Source: an uncultured Solirubrobacteraceae bacterium
GTDB taxonomy: Bacteria > Actinomycetota > Thermoleophilia > Solirubrobacterales > Solirubrobacteraceae
DNA length: 50,836 nucleotides
Assembly: GCA_964588985.1 (NCBI GenBank)
Contig: CAZPQW010000020.1
Span: 1-50,836, forward strand
Direction: 5' to 3'
The notes beneath the pieces are model-generated. The model was not told where the DNA came from and did no database searches. It worked only from the letters and a program-made list of their open reading frames with translations. This document shows, one piece after another, positions 27,200 through 36,398 of this stretch. The position numbers were made by a program, and so were the translations under genes. Every line of letters begins with the position of its first letter. Position 1 is the first letter of the stretch.

Positions 27200-29070
27200 G
27201 CCCCGAGCTCTCCTACCCCTCGATCGCCATCTTTGGCGGTGACTACAACGCGAAGGATCTTGAGCTAACACGGCTGACGGAGAAATTCGTGCCTCCGCTT
27301 CAGACGTTTGGCAAGCTGCTGCAGGGCAACAACACCGTTCTTGTGGGGCCTCGCGGCTCCGGCAAGACAACGCTGATGAGGATGCTGCAGGCGCCTGCGC
27401 TTGAGCGCTACGCAGGTCCGGGCGCAGAGGAGTTTAGGGCGGCCGTCGCCTACACAGGGGTTCTAGTTCCGGGAGATCAAGCATGGGCCAAGCAACTCGA
27501 GGCTCTCGAGCTGAGCGCGGAGGGTGGCGAGCTGTTCGCAATCGCCGTCTTCACACTTCACTGCCTGCGCGCACTCGTACGGGCGGCGGCAGAGCGGACA
27601 CTGCCCGCCCCCAATGGACTTCACCCTTACCGGCGCGTCTCGATCGATTACTTGGATCAACAGCACCTAGCACGGTCCGTTGCTGCGGCATGGAATCTCA
27701 GGCCTGTCGCCGACCTTGCGGATCTCTCTACGGCGCTCAGCGACGCCATCGGGCGCATCAGCGCTATGCGCTCGGCCATCAGTCGTGTGACTGCAAGTCA
27801 ACGCGACCGCCTTATGTCCAAAGAGCCACTCCTTCACCTAGATCTGATCGCCTGTGCAGTCAGTCTCGTTGAGCGCTACAACGCACTCTGCGACGAGCGA
27901 GAGGGTCGTTGGGCATTCCTGTTCGACGAGGCGGAGCTCATCCCTCCGGTGATCAACCGGATGATCATGCGTTTGCTACGTGGTACTGACCGCCTGTTCC
28001 TGTTCAAGGTCTCCTATGCACCATATGAGAACGCGAAGGTCGATTTCGGCCAACCGCTCGGCCCACAGGAGGGCAACGACTTCACGACGCTGCGGTTGAC
28101 GTTCGCCAATAAGCGCGAGGCGTTCCCCTTTACGGAGGCGCTGTTCCGCGCTCGTCTTCGCGAGCGTGACGGGCACGATGATCCCGACAGGGTTCTGGGT
28201 GCAACGAGTGTGGTTGCAATTGACCCAGAGGGAAACGAGGACGCACCGGGCGTCTATGCCCCTGACTCGGCCTATGGGGAACTGCTATCCGAACTGGCAG
28301 CAATCGACCCGAGCTTTACTAGATGGCTTGAAAGCAACGAGATCGTTCTTGCCCACGCACACGAGCTTGAGGATGATCTCCGCGCCAGACTCCGAAAGGT
28401 CATGCCGATTGTGGCCCTTCGGGCCGCCTATATCCGCCGCCCGACCCACAGGCCCGGGACGCAAGGAGCGCGCCTGCGAAGCCGACGCAACGTTGCTCTC
28501 TACAGCGGGAAGGAAGCCTTCTACGCAATGATGGAGGCCAACCCCCGGTGGCTAAACCATGTGTGTGACAGTCTGCTGCAGGATGACGACGGCGGTGTTA
28601 TTGCGCCTGAGCGCCAGTCGAGCCGACTTCTAGCTGCGGCGCGGGAGTTCGAAGGCTACCTGCGGATCTTGCCCGTCCGCGGCACGCATATGGATGCGGA
28701 TGACGGCCCGAAGCGCCTGCTACGCCGAATTGCGGAATATTTCCGCAACCAGTACATCAGGGGCTCGTTCACAGCCGACCCGTGTGGGAGCTTTCGCGTC
28801 GACGCAGAGTTCTCCGATACGATTGTAAACTCGTTGAGGGCGCTGATTAACCGTGGGGCAGTAATCGAGGTACCGACCGGCGGGGGTGGCCTTGGCAAGC
28901 TGATCGGGACCAGGTTTCGTTGTGCATATATTGTTGCGCCGATCTACGGACTTCCGCTGCGACTGGACAAGGAGGTTGGACTGAGCACGATCCTTGGCGG
29001 CAGCGTATCTGGTCAACTCACACTTGCCGACGAAATATCGGAAGATGATGCCGACATGGGGGATCTGTGA
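27196..29070 (+). CDS. P-loop ATPase, ORC/CDC6-like (STAND-related)
   Basis: Walker A GPRGSGKT, Walker B FLFDEAE, NPRW sensor-like motif, possible wHTH C-terminus; ATGA overlap. Confidence 0.85.
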   Translation: MSPELSYPSIAIFGGDYNAKDLELTRLTEKFVPPLQTFGKLLQGNNTVLVGPRGSGKTTLMRMLQAPALERYAGPGAEEFRAAVAYTGVLVPGDQAWAKQLEALELSAEGGELFAIAVFTLHCLRALVRAAAERTLPAPNGLHPYRRVSIDYLDQQHLARSVAAAWNLRPVADLADLSTALSDAIGRISAMRSAISRVTASQRDRLMSKEPLLHLDLIACAVSLVERYNALCDEREGRWAFLFDEAELIPPVINRMIMRLLRGTDRLFLFKVSYAPYENAKVDFGQPLGPQEGNDFTTLRLTFANKREAFPFTEALFRARLRERDGHDDPDRVLGATSVVAIDPEGNEDAPGVYAPDSAYGELLSELAAIDPSFTRWLESNEIVLAHAHELEDDLRARLRKVMPIVALRAAYIRRPTHRPGTQGARLRSRRNVALYSGKEAFYAMMEANPRWLNHVCDSLLQDDDGGVIAPERQSSRLLAAAREFEGYLRILPVRGTHMDADDGPKRLLRRIAEYFRNQYIRGSFTADPCGSFRVDAEFSDTIVNSLRALINRGAVIEVPTGGGGLGKLIGTRFRCAYIVAPIYGLPLRLDKEVGLSTILGGSVSGQLTLADEISEDDADMGDL

Positions 29071-30095
29071 GGCGGGCTCTGTACTTGGCGCCGGTGGCAC
29101 CGGAGCGTCTTGAGCATGCAGCGATTGGTCGCGCATACGGTGCGCTGCTGTGTAGTGTCGGCTACGAGACACGGAGCAGCGCGATCGCAAAAAGCCTACA
29201 ACCCAGCGTCGATTCGATTGCAGGCGTGGAGTTTCATCGTGGCCACAACGCAATCTACAAGCGCAACCGCCAACACATGGACGCAATTGGGGCAGACGTG
29301 CGCAGACTGGACGACGAGAGTTTCTGCGCGTGGGTAACCGGTTGGCTGTCAGATCTGGCAAAGGCTGGCCAAGATCTTGTGGCCGTGGATGTCTCCAGCA
29401 TGTCACGCCCCCGGATCGCCGGGGTTGTACAAGCCATCATGACCCTCCCCGACGACGCACGGATCACGGTTGACCTGCTCTATACGCCCGCTCGCTACAA
29501 GCCAGCTCCACAAGAGGTTCCAGATGCAACCGAGGCACTCGATCCGGTCCTTCCTGAATTTGCGGGCGCACCGGCGGACCCCGAGCAGCCGCTTGTCCTT
29601 GTCTTCGGCCTTGGCTACGAGCCCGAACGCGCCGCGAGCGCTGTAGATGAGTTCGCACCACAGGTGGCGCTTCCATTCTTCCCAATCGGCAGCGACAGTC
29701 GCTTCGAAATCGCCGTTCAGCATGCGAACCAGAGCGTGCTGGCGCTTCCGGATGTCAAGGCACCGCACCGCTACGCGATTAGCGATCCGTTTCGCACGTT
29801 CTGCGATCTTGAGGTGCTGGTGCAGATGATCCAGGCGGGACATCTCGCTGACACGGCGGGAAGGCCGGCCCGTCCGCTGCTCCTGCCGCTTGGCCCTAAG
29901 ATATTCGCCGCTACCTGCATGCTGGTCGCGGCGAGCGCGAGTACACCCGTACCGGTGTGGCGAGTGAGCTCAGGAATCTTCGGCAGCGATGATGACCGTG
30001 AAAGTAGCGGGGAACTCGTCACGCTGCGAGTAAGCACCGCACCGATCTCGCTGGACCCACCACAGGCACCGGCCCTTGAGGTGCTCGCTGGCTAA
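29067..30095 (+). CDS. Hypothetical protein with two related Rossmann-like halves (tandem CARF-like, inferred)
   Basis: VGYETRS...VDVSSMSR in the N-half and LGYEPERA...LPLGPK in the C-half; GTGA overlap with the ATPase gene. Confidence 0.72.
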   Translation: MRRALYLAPVAPERLEHAAIGRAYGALLCSVGYETRSSAIAKSLQPSVDSIAGVEFHRGHNAIYKRNRQHMDAIGADVRRLDDESFCAWVTGWLSDLAKAGQDLVAVDVSSMSRPRIAGVVQAIMTLPDDARITVDLLYTPARYKPAPQEVPDATEALDPVLPEFAGAPADPEQPLVLVFGLGYEPERAASAVDEFAPQVALPFFPIGSDSRFEIAVQHANQSVLALPDVKAPHRYAISDPFRTFCDLEVLVQMIQAGHLADTAGRPARPLLLPLGPKIFAATCMLVAASASTPVPVWRVSSGIFGSDDDRESSGELVTLRVSTAPISLDPPQAPALEVLAG

Positions 30096-30391
30096 CTGAG
30101 GTGCAGAGTACGCAGCGTCGAGTGGAGGGCAGCGCAAACGTGCGAGATCTGGTCTCCTGCGCGCAACGCCTCGGCGGGCGTCTGGCCCTTCAGCCTCGGA
30201 TGAGGGGAGTGCAGGAACGTGCGCTGCGTAGCGCCACCGTAGCCGTACGCGTAGAAGCGGTCCAGCTCGGCCTGCAGGGGGCGCCACTCGCTGCGCGGCA
30301 CACAGGCGAGCGTTGCCGCAGATAGGCCGAGCCCCGCAAGACTCGCGAGCGTCGCATCCGGATCATTGTGCTCGAAGCATGGCTCGCTCAT
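30092..30391 (-). CDS. Small protein with Xre/MbcA/ParS-like C-terminal antitoxin motif
   Basis: FLHSPHPRLKGQTPAEALRAG resembles the WLxxPxxxLxGxxPxxxL signature; start inferred. Confidence 0.55.
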   Translation of the reverse strand: MSEPCFEHNDPDATLASLAGLGLSAATLACVPRSEWRPLQAELDRFYAYGYGGATQRTFLHSPHPRLKGQTPAEALRAGDQISHVCAALHSTLRTLHLS

Positions 30392-30533
30392 CGACGCGTT
30401 CGTGCTGGCTGCGTTGAATCGTGACATGGGCTTGGGAACAATAACGGCTCGGCAACGATCGCACCAGCTTCTGAGAGCGTTGTTGCGATCCAAGGGGCAA
30501 GCGCGACGGCCGCAAATCCTCGAAGATGACGAT

Positions 30534-31775
30534 ATGCCGAGTCGCATCCGCTATATGGGCAACAAGCACGAGGTCGCGCCGATCGTCGCCCGCCTTGTCC
30601 GCCGTCGCAGTGCTGAGCGAATGTTTCTTGATCTGTTCTGCGGCATGTGCTCGGTGGCAGGATCGATCGCCCACAGCGGCCGGACGGTGGTCGGCAACGA
30701 TGTGCAGAGCTATGCAGTACTCGTCGCAGAATGCCTGCTTGCGAGCCCTGAGATGCCGCCGAGCCAGGACCGGATCAACGGCGCGCTCCGTCGCAGCTAT
30801 CTGTACAACGAGCACCAACTCCTTGAGCGATTCGGAGGCGATGTTGAGCGCGAGCATCAAGTCATCGCCGCGTCCGATGCGCGTGGCTACCGACGACTGT
30901 ACGACGCTTGGAGGCATGCCGCGAATGACCAAGTGCTCGCCAACGAGGTGATGTGTCTATCGGCCGCACCCACGCGAGGGGTTCCTTACAGACTTGCGAC
31001 CCTCTGCTTCGCCTGGGGATATTTTGGCCTGCGTCAGGCGATCGCGATCGACAGCATTCGCTATGCAATCGATCGCGGACGGGCAGATGGGCATCTCACA
31101 TCGGCAGAGGCAAGCTGGGCGCTTGTGGCGTTGCTGCAGGCCGCGAGCTGTGCAGCAGCAACGACTGGGCACTTCGCACAGTATCTGCGCCCTTCTACTC
31201 CAGAGGGCTTGGTGAGGATCATCCGCCAAAGACGCCGCGGTATCTGGAGCCAGTTCTTGCGCGAGCTCAAAGAGCTGAGGCCATATGGCTCCGCCGCATG
31301 GCGAACGAAGAATCGGATCTTGCAATCCGATGCACTGGATGTGTGGGGAAGCCTTGATGAGATTGGTTTCCGTGACGGTGTTGTATATGCGGACCCGCCA
31401 TATTCCAAGGATCATTATTCGCGCTACTACCACGTGCTTGAGACCCTCACCCTTTACGACTATCCAAACATCACCGGAAAAGGGCGTTATCGCAGCGATA
31501 GATTCGTGACGCCGTTTTCACTAAAGAGCCGCGTTCATTCCGCAATGGACCGACTCGCTGCAGCTGCAGCAGCCCGCAACTGCACGCTCATTCTTAGCTA
31601 CCCGAGCAACGGACTGCTAAATGCGGACTGCGGCATTGACCCGGAAACTGTACTTCAAGAGCATTTCAAGACCGTTATACGACAGCGACCGATCAAGACG
31701 AACCACTCCACACTCGGAGCACGCCATGGTGTCGCAAGAAACAGTGTGCACGAGCTCCTGTGGATTGCGGACTGA
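30534..31775 (+). CDS. N6-adenine DNA methyltransferase (alpha order, D12/FokI-like)
   Basis: RYMGNK, DLFCGMCSV (motif I), NDVQSY, YADPPY (motif IV), YSRYYHVLET. Confidence 0.92.
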   Translation: MPSRIRYMGNKHEVAPIVARLVRRRSAERMFLDLFCGMCSVAGSIAHSGRTVVGNDVQSYAVLVAECLLASPEMPPSQDRINGALRRSYLYNEHQLLERFGGDVEREHQVIAASDARGYRRLYDAWRHAANDQVLANEVMCLSAAPTRGVPYRLATLCFAWGYFGLRQAIAIDSIRYAIDRGRADGHLTSAEASWALVALLQAASCAAATTGHFAQYLRPSTPEGLVRIIRQRRRGIWSQFLRELKELRPYGSAAWRTKNRILQSDALDVWGSLDEIGFRDGVVYADPPYSKDHYSRYYHVLETLTLYDYPNITGKGRYRSDRFVTPFSLKSRVHSAMDRLAAAAAARNCTLILSYPSNGLLNADCGIDPETVLQEHFKTVIRQRPIKTNHSTLGARHGVARNSVHELLWIAD

Positions 31776-31870
31776 TGCTGCACACCCGCACCCTGGCATC
31801 AAGCAGGGAGGGCACCGACGTAACAAAGCTGCTGATACAGTCGATGATGACGGGACCGCCTATGACAACG

Positions 31871-33169
31871 CTAGTTTGCCGCGCGCTTGTCGGCGGCGTC
31901 GGCTAGCCACCGATCGAACTGCTCACGCGCCCGCTCCAGATCCCCCGGTAGCGCGTGCGTGTACCGCTCTTGCGTGATCTGCGCTGCACCTATCTGCCGC
32001 GCCGGCGCAGCATGACCCATCATCTGCGAGACAAGTACCGGACGGACCCCAGCGGCGTCTAGCCACGAAGCGCAGGTGTGGCGGCACTCGTGGGCTGTGA
32101 TCCTCTCGCCAACCTTCGCGCCGGCCGGCTTGCCGTGCTCGTCCTTCGGCTCCCACGTATCATCGACGCGCTTCTGCAATCCCTCGAATGACAGCATGCC
32201 GCTGTTTCGCGCGCCTGGCTTACGCCCGGGGCAGAGCAGCGCTGTTGGGTTGGGCCGACCACGGCGCATGAGCTCGCGGCGCAGTCTGACCGCGAGTGGC
32301 TTGGCGACCGGGACGGCTCGCTGTGCGGCGCGCGACTTCCGCCCGCGGTCGTCAGCGCCGAGGTAGATCACGCCGAGATCGAGATCCACGTCTTCGACGC
32401 GCGCGTGGCGGATCTCGGCCCTGCGGGCGGTCGCGTAGACGGCGAGTGCATAAGGGAGCGCGTCGGCGGGGTCGAGAGCGTCGAGCAGCTTCTGCATCTC
32501 AGCGACGGTGGCCACTCGATCGCGGGGCGTCGCGTTCATCGCTGGTAGGCGCACGCGGGACGCGGGATCGTTTTCGACGAGTTCTCGGTCGTATGCCCAT
32601 GCGTAGAGGCTGCGGATCGAGTTGACGACCGTGCGCACGCGGCTACCGGACTTCTCGGGCGTCATCGAGTCAATGAGTTGCTGGATGTCGCCACGGCGCA
32701 CGTCCGCGAGTTGACGTGCGCCAAGGGCGGGCTGCACGTAGCCTTCGAGCGCGCCCTGTAGGTCGCGAATGGCTGACGGCTTGTATGGACGCCCGTGCTT
32801 GTTGAGCGCCCTGCCCGCCTCGATCGCGTTGAGATACGCCTCGATCGCCTTGGCGACACGCATCGTGCTCGATGCTGGGAGCATCCCCGCACGGAGTGTC
32901 GCTTCGAGATCGGCACGGGCATTGCGGGCCTCGGCGATAGAGAGCAGCGTCTTCGTCTTGCGCGGCTTGCCAGCGGTTCGGTCCCACACCTGGCCCCAGT
33001 AGGAAGGTGAACAGTTGCATGCTCGGTCGTGCTCCAACGCACAGTCGAGCCGGTGGCGGGCGTAGATCCCCTGGTATCGAGTCTGTTCTGGCCGTTGTGC
33101 CGTGCGTCGGCGTGTGGCGTAGTCGGCGCGAGCGTTGCGTCGGGGTGCTGCTGTAGCGTCGCGGCTCAT
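31871..33169 (-). CDS. Tyrosine recombinase / integrase
   Basis: ATARRAEI (Arg), HECRH (HxxR), MGH, QERYTH (Tyr); N-terminal H-x3-C...CxC; start could be 33169 or 33187. Confidence 0.93.
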   Translation of the reverse strand: MSRDATAAPRRNARADYATRRRTAQRPEQTRYQGIYARHRLDCALEHDRACNCSPSYWGQVWDRTAGKPRKTKTLLSIAEARNARADLEATLRAGMLPASSTMRVAKAIEAYLNAIEAGRALNKHGRPYKPSAIRDLQGALEGYVQPALGARQLADVRRGDIQQLIDSMTPEKSGSRVRTVVNSIRSLYAWAYDRELVENDPASRVRLPAMNATPRDRVATVAEMQKLLDALDPADALPYALAVYATARRAEIRHARVEDVDLDLGVIYLGADDRGRKSRAAQRAVPVAKPLAVRLRRELMRRGRPNPTALLCPGRKPGARNSGMLSFEGLQKRVDDTWEPKDEHGKPAGAKVGERITAHECRHTCASWLDAAGVRPVLVSQMMGHAAPARQIGAAQITQERYTHALPGDLERAREQFDRWLADAADKRAAN

Positions 33170-33755
33170 GGCTTCAAAGTCGCTCATGGATTGGCGATCG
33201 GACGCGGCGGCGGCGTTCGACGAGATCGAGAACGCGCATAAGGCAGTCGGCGGGAGCAAGCCGGGCCGGCGGTTCTTGACGCAGCAGCTCAACTACGCCT
33301 ACACGATGCTGCTCGCGGCGCGCTTCCAGGGATTCGCCCGCGCGCTACACGCGCAGACCGCAGACGCTATCGCGCTCGGGGCACACGACGCCAACTACGC
33401 GGAGCTGTTGTATGGAAGCCTGACGAACAACACGACGCTTGAACGGAATAACGCGCATCCCAACTCGATCGCTGACGACTTCGCACGCTTCGGGCTCGAC
33501 ATCTGGGCCGACGTGGATAGGGAGCGCAGCCGCAACGACGAGCGTCGCAAGAAGCTCTGGGCGCTCGTCACGTGGCGCAACGCGATCGCGCACGACGATA
33601 TCGATGCCAAGCTCAAGCGAGGCGCTCTGGAACCCTTGACGATCAGCCTCGCCACGTGCCGTGGCTGGCGCAGCGCGCTCAACATACTGGCCACATCGCT
33701 CGATAAGGTCGCAGCCGATCGCTGCCAAGCGCTCGGACTTTCCCGTCCTTGGTGA
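33168..33755 (+). CDS. HEPN-domain protein (putative RNase)
   Basis: RNAIAH = Rx4H motif in an apparently helical protein. Confidence 0.75.
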   Translation: MASKSLMDWRSDAAAAFDEIENAHKAVGGSKPGRRFLTQQLNYAYTMLLAARFQGFARALHAQTADAIALGAHDANYAELLYGSLTNNTTLERNNAHPNSIADDFARFGLDIWADVDRERSRNDERRKKLWALVTWRNAIAHDDIDAKLKRGALEPLTISLATCRGWRSALNILATSLDKVAADRCQALGLSRPW

Positions 33756-33767
33756 TACCTTCAGATC

Positions 33768-33983
33768 ATGGCACGCAACAGGACATCCTCAGCCGGCTCA
33801 CTTAAGGTCGGTGACCACGTGACCTCGAAGCTTCCAGCCTTCAACTGGAGGGGCGTTATCGTCGAGGATCTTGGTCCGCTCGGTATCGACGGCAGCGAGA
33901 TCTTCGTGATCCGCGTAGGCGACGAGGACGACGGCCGACGCTTCAACGCGCGCGCCGAAAGCCTCGAACGCGTAGCCGCGTAG
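33768..33983 (+). CDS. Small SH3/KOW-like beta-barrel protein
   Basis: LKVGDHV...RGVIVED...FVIRV...ESLE pattern; starts 12 bp after the HEPN gene. Confidence 0.6.
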   Translation: MARNRTSSAGSLKVGDHVTSKLPAFNWRGVIVEDLGPLGIDGSEIFVIRVGDEDDGRRFNARAESLERVAA

Positions 33984-34015
33984 CCACGTCGAGCAGCTCG
34001 ATCGTCCCGACGCCC

Positions 34016-34690
34016 TCACCGCGTGTCGTTGTCTTGCCAGAGTCTGAGGTTCCGTCGTCCTGCCCGCCAGCTCTTACGGCGTGCGCACTCGGCTGCGATT
34101 AGCTTGTGGTCGTCGGGATCGCGGCGGTCGTCGATGTCGGCCTGCTCGTCGTGCGGCTCGACCCACTCGTGCAGGCAGTACGTGGCAGAGCCAACGCGCC
34201 ACATGGCCCGTCGTAGTTGCTCGCTCAGCTCGAACCACGCATCCGACGAGGCGACCGAGCGCGCGTCGAGCATCTGCACCGATTCGTCGATGCTCGTTCG
34301 TAGGTCCTGGCGGAACCGCTCAATCTCCTGCTCGGCGAGCGTTTGAGCATCGCGCCAGAGGCGTTGCTGCGGCGACTCGGGCAATGCGGGCACGCTGCCC
34401 GAGCGACTGGCGCGCGCGAGGTGCCGACGTCCACTGCGCCTCAATGCCCATGCGGGGATTCCGTGGCGGCGCGAGCGCTCCAGCCGACCAGCCTCCACCA
34501 GGACGACGAGCCGCGACCGGACATGACGCGCTGCCGCTGATCGGCGTCCGATGCCAAGGTGTTCGGTGATCGCCCAAACGGGGACATCGGCATGGTCTCG
34601 CGCGCGGTGTCGCGCTGCCCTGTCGATGGCAGCCAGGACCATCTCGTCGGGTATCGCATCGGCTGGGTGCTTCGGCGTGGTGCTCGTCAT
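34016..34690 (-). CDS. Hypothetical protein with probable winged HTH
   Basis: GGAGGA RBS before ATG 34690; WAITEHLG...RLVVLVEAGRLE...WAL. Confidence 0.7.
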   Translation of the reverse strand: MTSTTPKHPADAIPDEMVLAAIDRAARHRARDHADVPVWAITEHLGIGRRSAAARHVRSRLVVLVEAGRLERSRRHGIPAWALRRSGRRHLARASRSGSVPALPESPQQRLWRDAQTLAEQEIERFRQDLRTSIDESVQMLDARSVASSDAWFELSEQLRRAMWRVGSATYCLHEWVEPHDEQADIDDRRDPDDHKLIAAECARRKSWRAGRRNLRLWQDNDTR

Positions 34691-34915
34691 CGGTTCCTCC
34701 TGTGGTCGGAGGCGCCGGGAGACAGCTTGGCGAGGGAGGCCAGAGAACCCGTGTCGGGATACGCTGCCTATGCGCCGGGAGCTCAACCTCTCGGAGCCAC
34801 GCCCCCGGCCGTTGACGCGGCGCGGGGGCACTTGTATTTCGCCAGAGCATAACCGCTCACGCGCATGGGCTCAAGCGCATGGACGTAAGCGCTCGCCCAT
34901 GCGACGCTCCCGCCC

Positions 34916-35158
34916 ATGCCACCACGCCTCCCAACCGACCCAGCGCTCGGCCGAGCAATCCGACAGCTACGCGAACAACGCGGCCTGACCCAAGAAGAAC
35001 TCGCCACCCACGCCGGCATGACCTTCGGCACCGTCAGCCGTCTGGAGTCAGCAAAGAGCGCCCCAGCGTGGGCTACCGTCCGTGCCCTCGTCGAGACGCT
35101 CGACGTGTCGCTCGGCGATCTCGCCAGAGCGATCGAGGCCCAAGAACGCACGAAGTAA
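34916..35158 (+). CDS. XRE-family transcriptional regulator
   Basis: LGRAIRQLREQRGLTQEELA...VSRLE HTH. Confidence 0.9.
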   Translation: MPPRLPTDPALGRAIRQLREQRGLTQEELATHAGMTFGTVSRLESAKSAPAWATVRALVETLDVSLGDLARAIEAQERTK

Positions 35159-35162
35159 TCCG

Positions 35163-36389
35163 ATGGAATCCGGTGTCGATAGCGGGCCGACGCCAGAGTC
35201 GGAACTGCCGGGATGGACCGAGGTCGCTGCGCTGCTCGAGTGCGCACATCGACACGAGACATACGCACAGGCTGCGTACTGGGCACTCGAGATGCTGCAT
35301 GGGCGACTTGGCGAGGACTGGCTGCGCCGAGCCGTCAGCAAGAGCGAGGACGGGTTCCCGCTCGCCCTGGATCTCCTGGGCTCGCACACACTCGCTCTAG
35401 CCGAAGCTCTGGAGTGGGCGATCAGACTCGACCTCAGCAGCGATTGGGACGGCGGCGCAGACATGCTCCGCGACCTCCGATGTGATCCTCGGACTGCACG
35501 CCTGCTGCATACACGCGCGCAGCTCACCGTTGCCGCGGCAGCTTCAAGGCTCGGGTGGCCCGTGGAACTCGAGCCGAGTGGGGAGAACCGTCGACCCGCC
35601 GACGTGAAGTTCTCGACCCCGGCTGGGACCGCGATCGCGGAGATCCGGGTGCTCACTCAGAGCATGGGTGCGCGAGAGAGGTTCGCGGCCGCCGAGAGCG
35701 AGTCGGAATGGCTGACCATGCTCGGCCTCACCGAAGGTATCTGGATCGGAGGCAAACTCGACCGACATCTCACGCCGAGCGAGCGAGACACAGTCGAAGA
35801 GTTCGTCAAGAGCAACGCTGCCCATGTCCTTGAAGGGAAGCGACCGTCGCTCTCGCTAGACGGCGCCACCCTCACGCTCGCAAGCCGAGCCACCGATGCC
35901 GGCGCTCTGCATAGCCCAACGGTCAAAGAGGATCTCTTCTGGAGGATGGTCCACGCCATCGCTGAGAAGGCGGTCAAGATGAAGGAGTCGGGCGCACAAT
36001 GGCTGCACATCACCGTGCTAACGGGTTTGTGGGCGTTCACGGTATGGGCCCAGAGCCCACTCGACGAGAAGCTGCAGATCATGATGTCCGCACTCGACGA
36101 CGTGCTTGACGATCAAAAGCCCGAGGGGATCATTCTCTGTTCGGCAGCGGGCCTCGCCGCATCCACGACGGAGGAGACGGCGCAAACGCGTAACGGCGTA
36201 GCGCTGCGACGCGCCGTCCGGCCGCTACGTGCCCGCGAGACGCTCATCATGGGATTCAGCCCAGGCGCCCAGGCCATGATCCCGGCCTGGCAAGCCCTCG
36301 CCGACGCTGAAGGCGACTGGCTCGACTGGGCACTCGACCGCTATGCGCTGCCAAACATCGGCGAGATCCTCCCGCCGTCGTCTGCCTGA
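35163..36389 (+). CDS. Hypothetical protein, possible PD-(D/E)XK-like domain
   Basis: 408-aa ORF 4 bp after the XRE gene; ELEP...RPADV...AIAEIR pattern. Confidence 0.65.
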   Translation: MESGVDSGPTPESELPGWTEVAALLECAHRHETYAQAAYWALEMLHGRLGEDWLRRAVSKSEDGFPLALDLLGSHTLALAEALEWAIRLDLSSDWDGGADMLRDLRCDPRTARLLHTRAQLTVAAAASRLGWPVELEPSGENRRPADVKFSTPAGTAIAEIRVLTQSMGARERFAAAESESEWLTMLGLTEGIWIGGKLDRHLTPSERDTVEEFVKSNAAHVLEGKRPSLSLDGATLTLASRATDAGALHSPTVKEDLFWRMVHAIAEKAVKMKESGAQWLHITVLTGLWAFTVWAQSPLDEKLQIMMSALDDVLDDQKPEGIILCSAAGLAASTTEETAQTRNGVALRRAVRPLRARETLIMGFSPGAQAMIPAWQALADAEGDWLDWALDRYALPNIGEILPPSSA

Positions 36390-36398
36390 AGCCGACCC

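Noticed and set aside
30534-31775. Ordinary type II restriction-modification system
   Set aside because: No adjacent endonuclease-like gene; neighbours are the phosphoesterase/ATPase operon and the integrase
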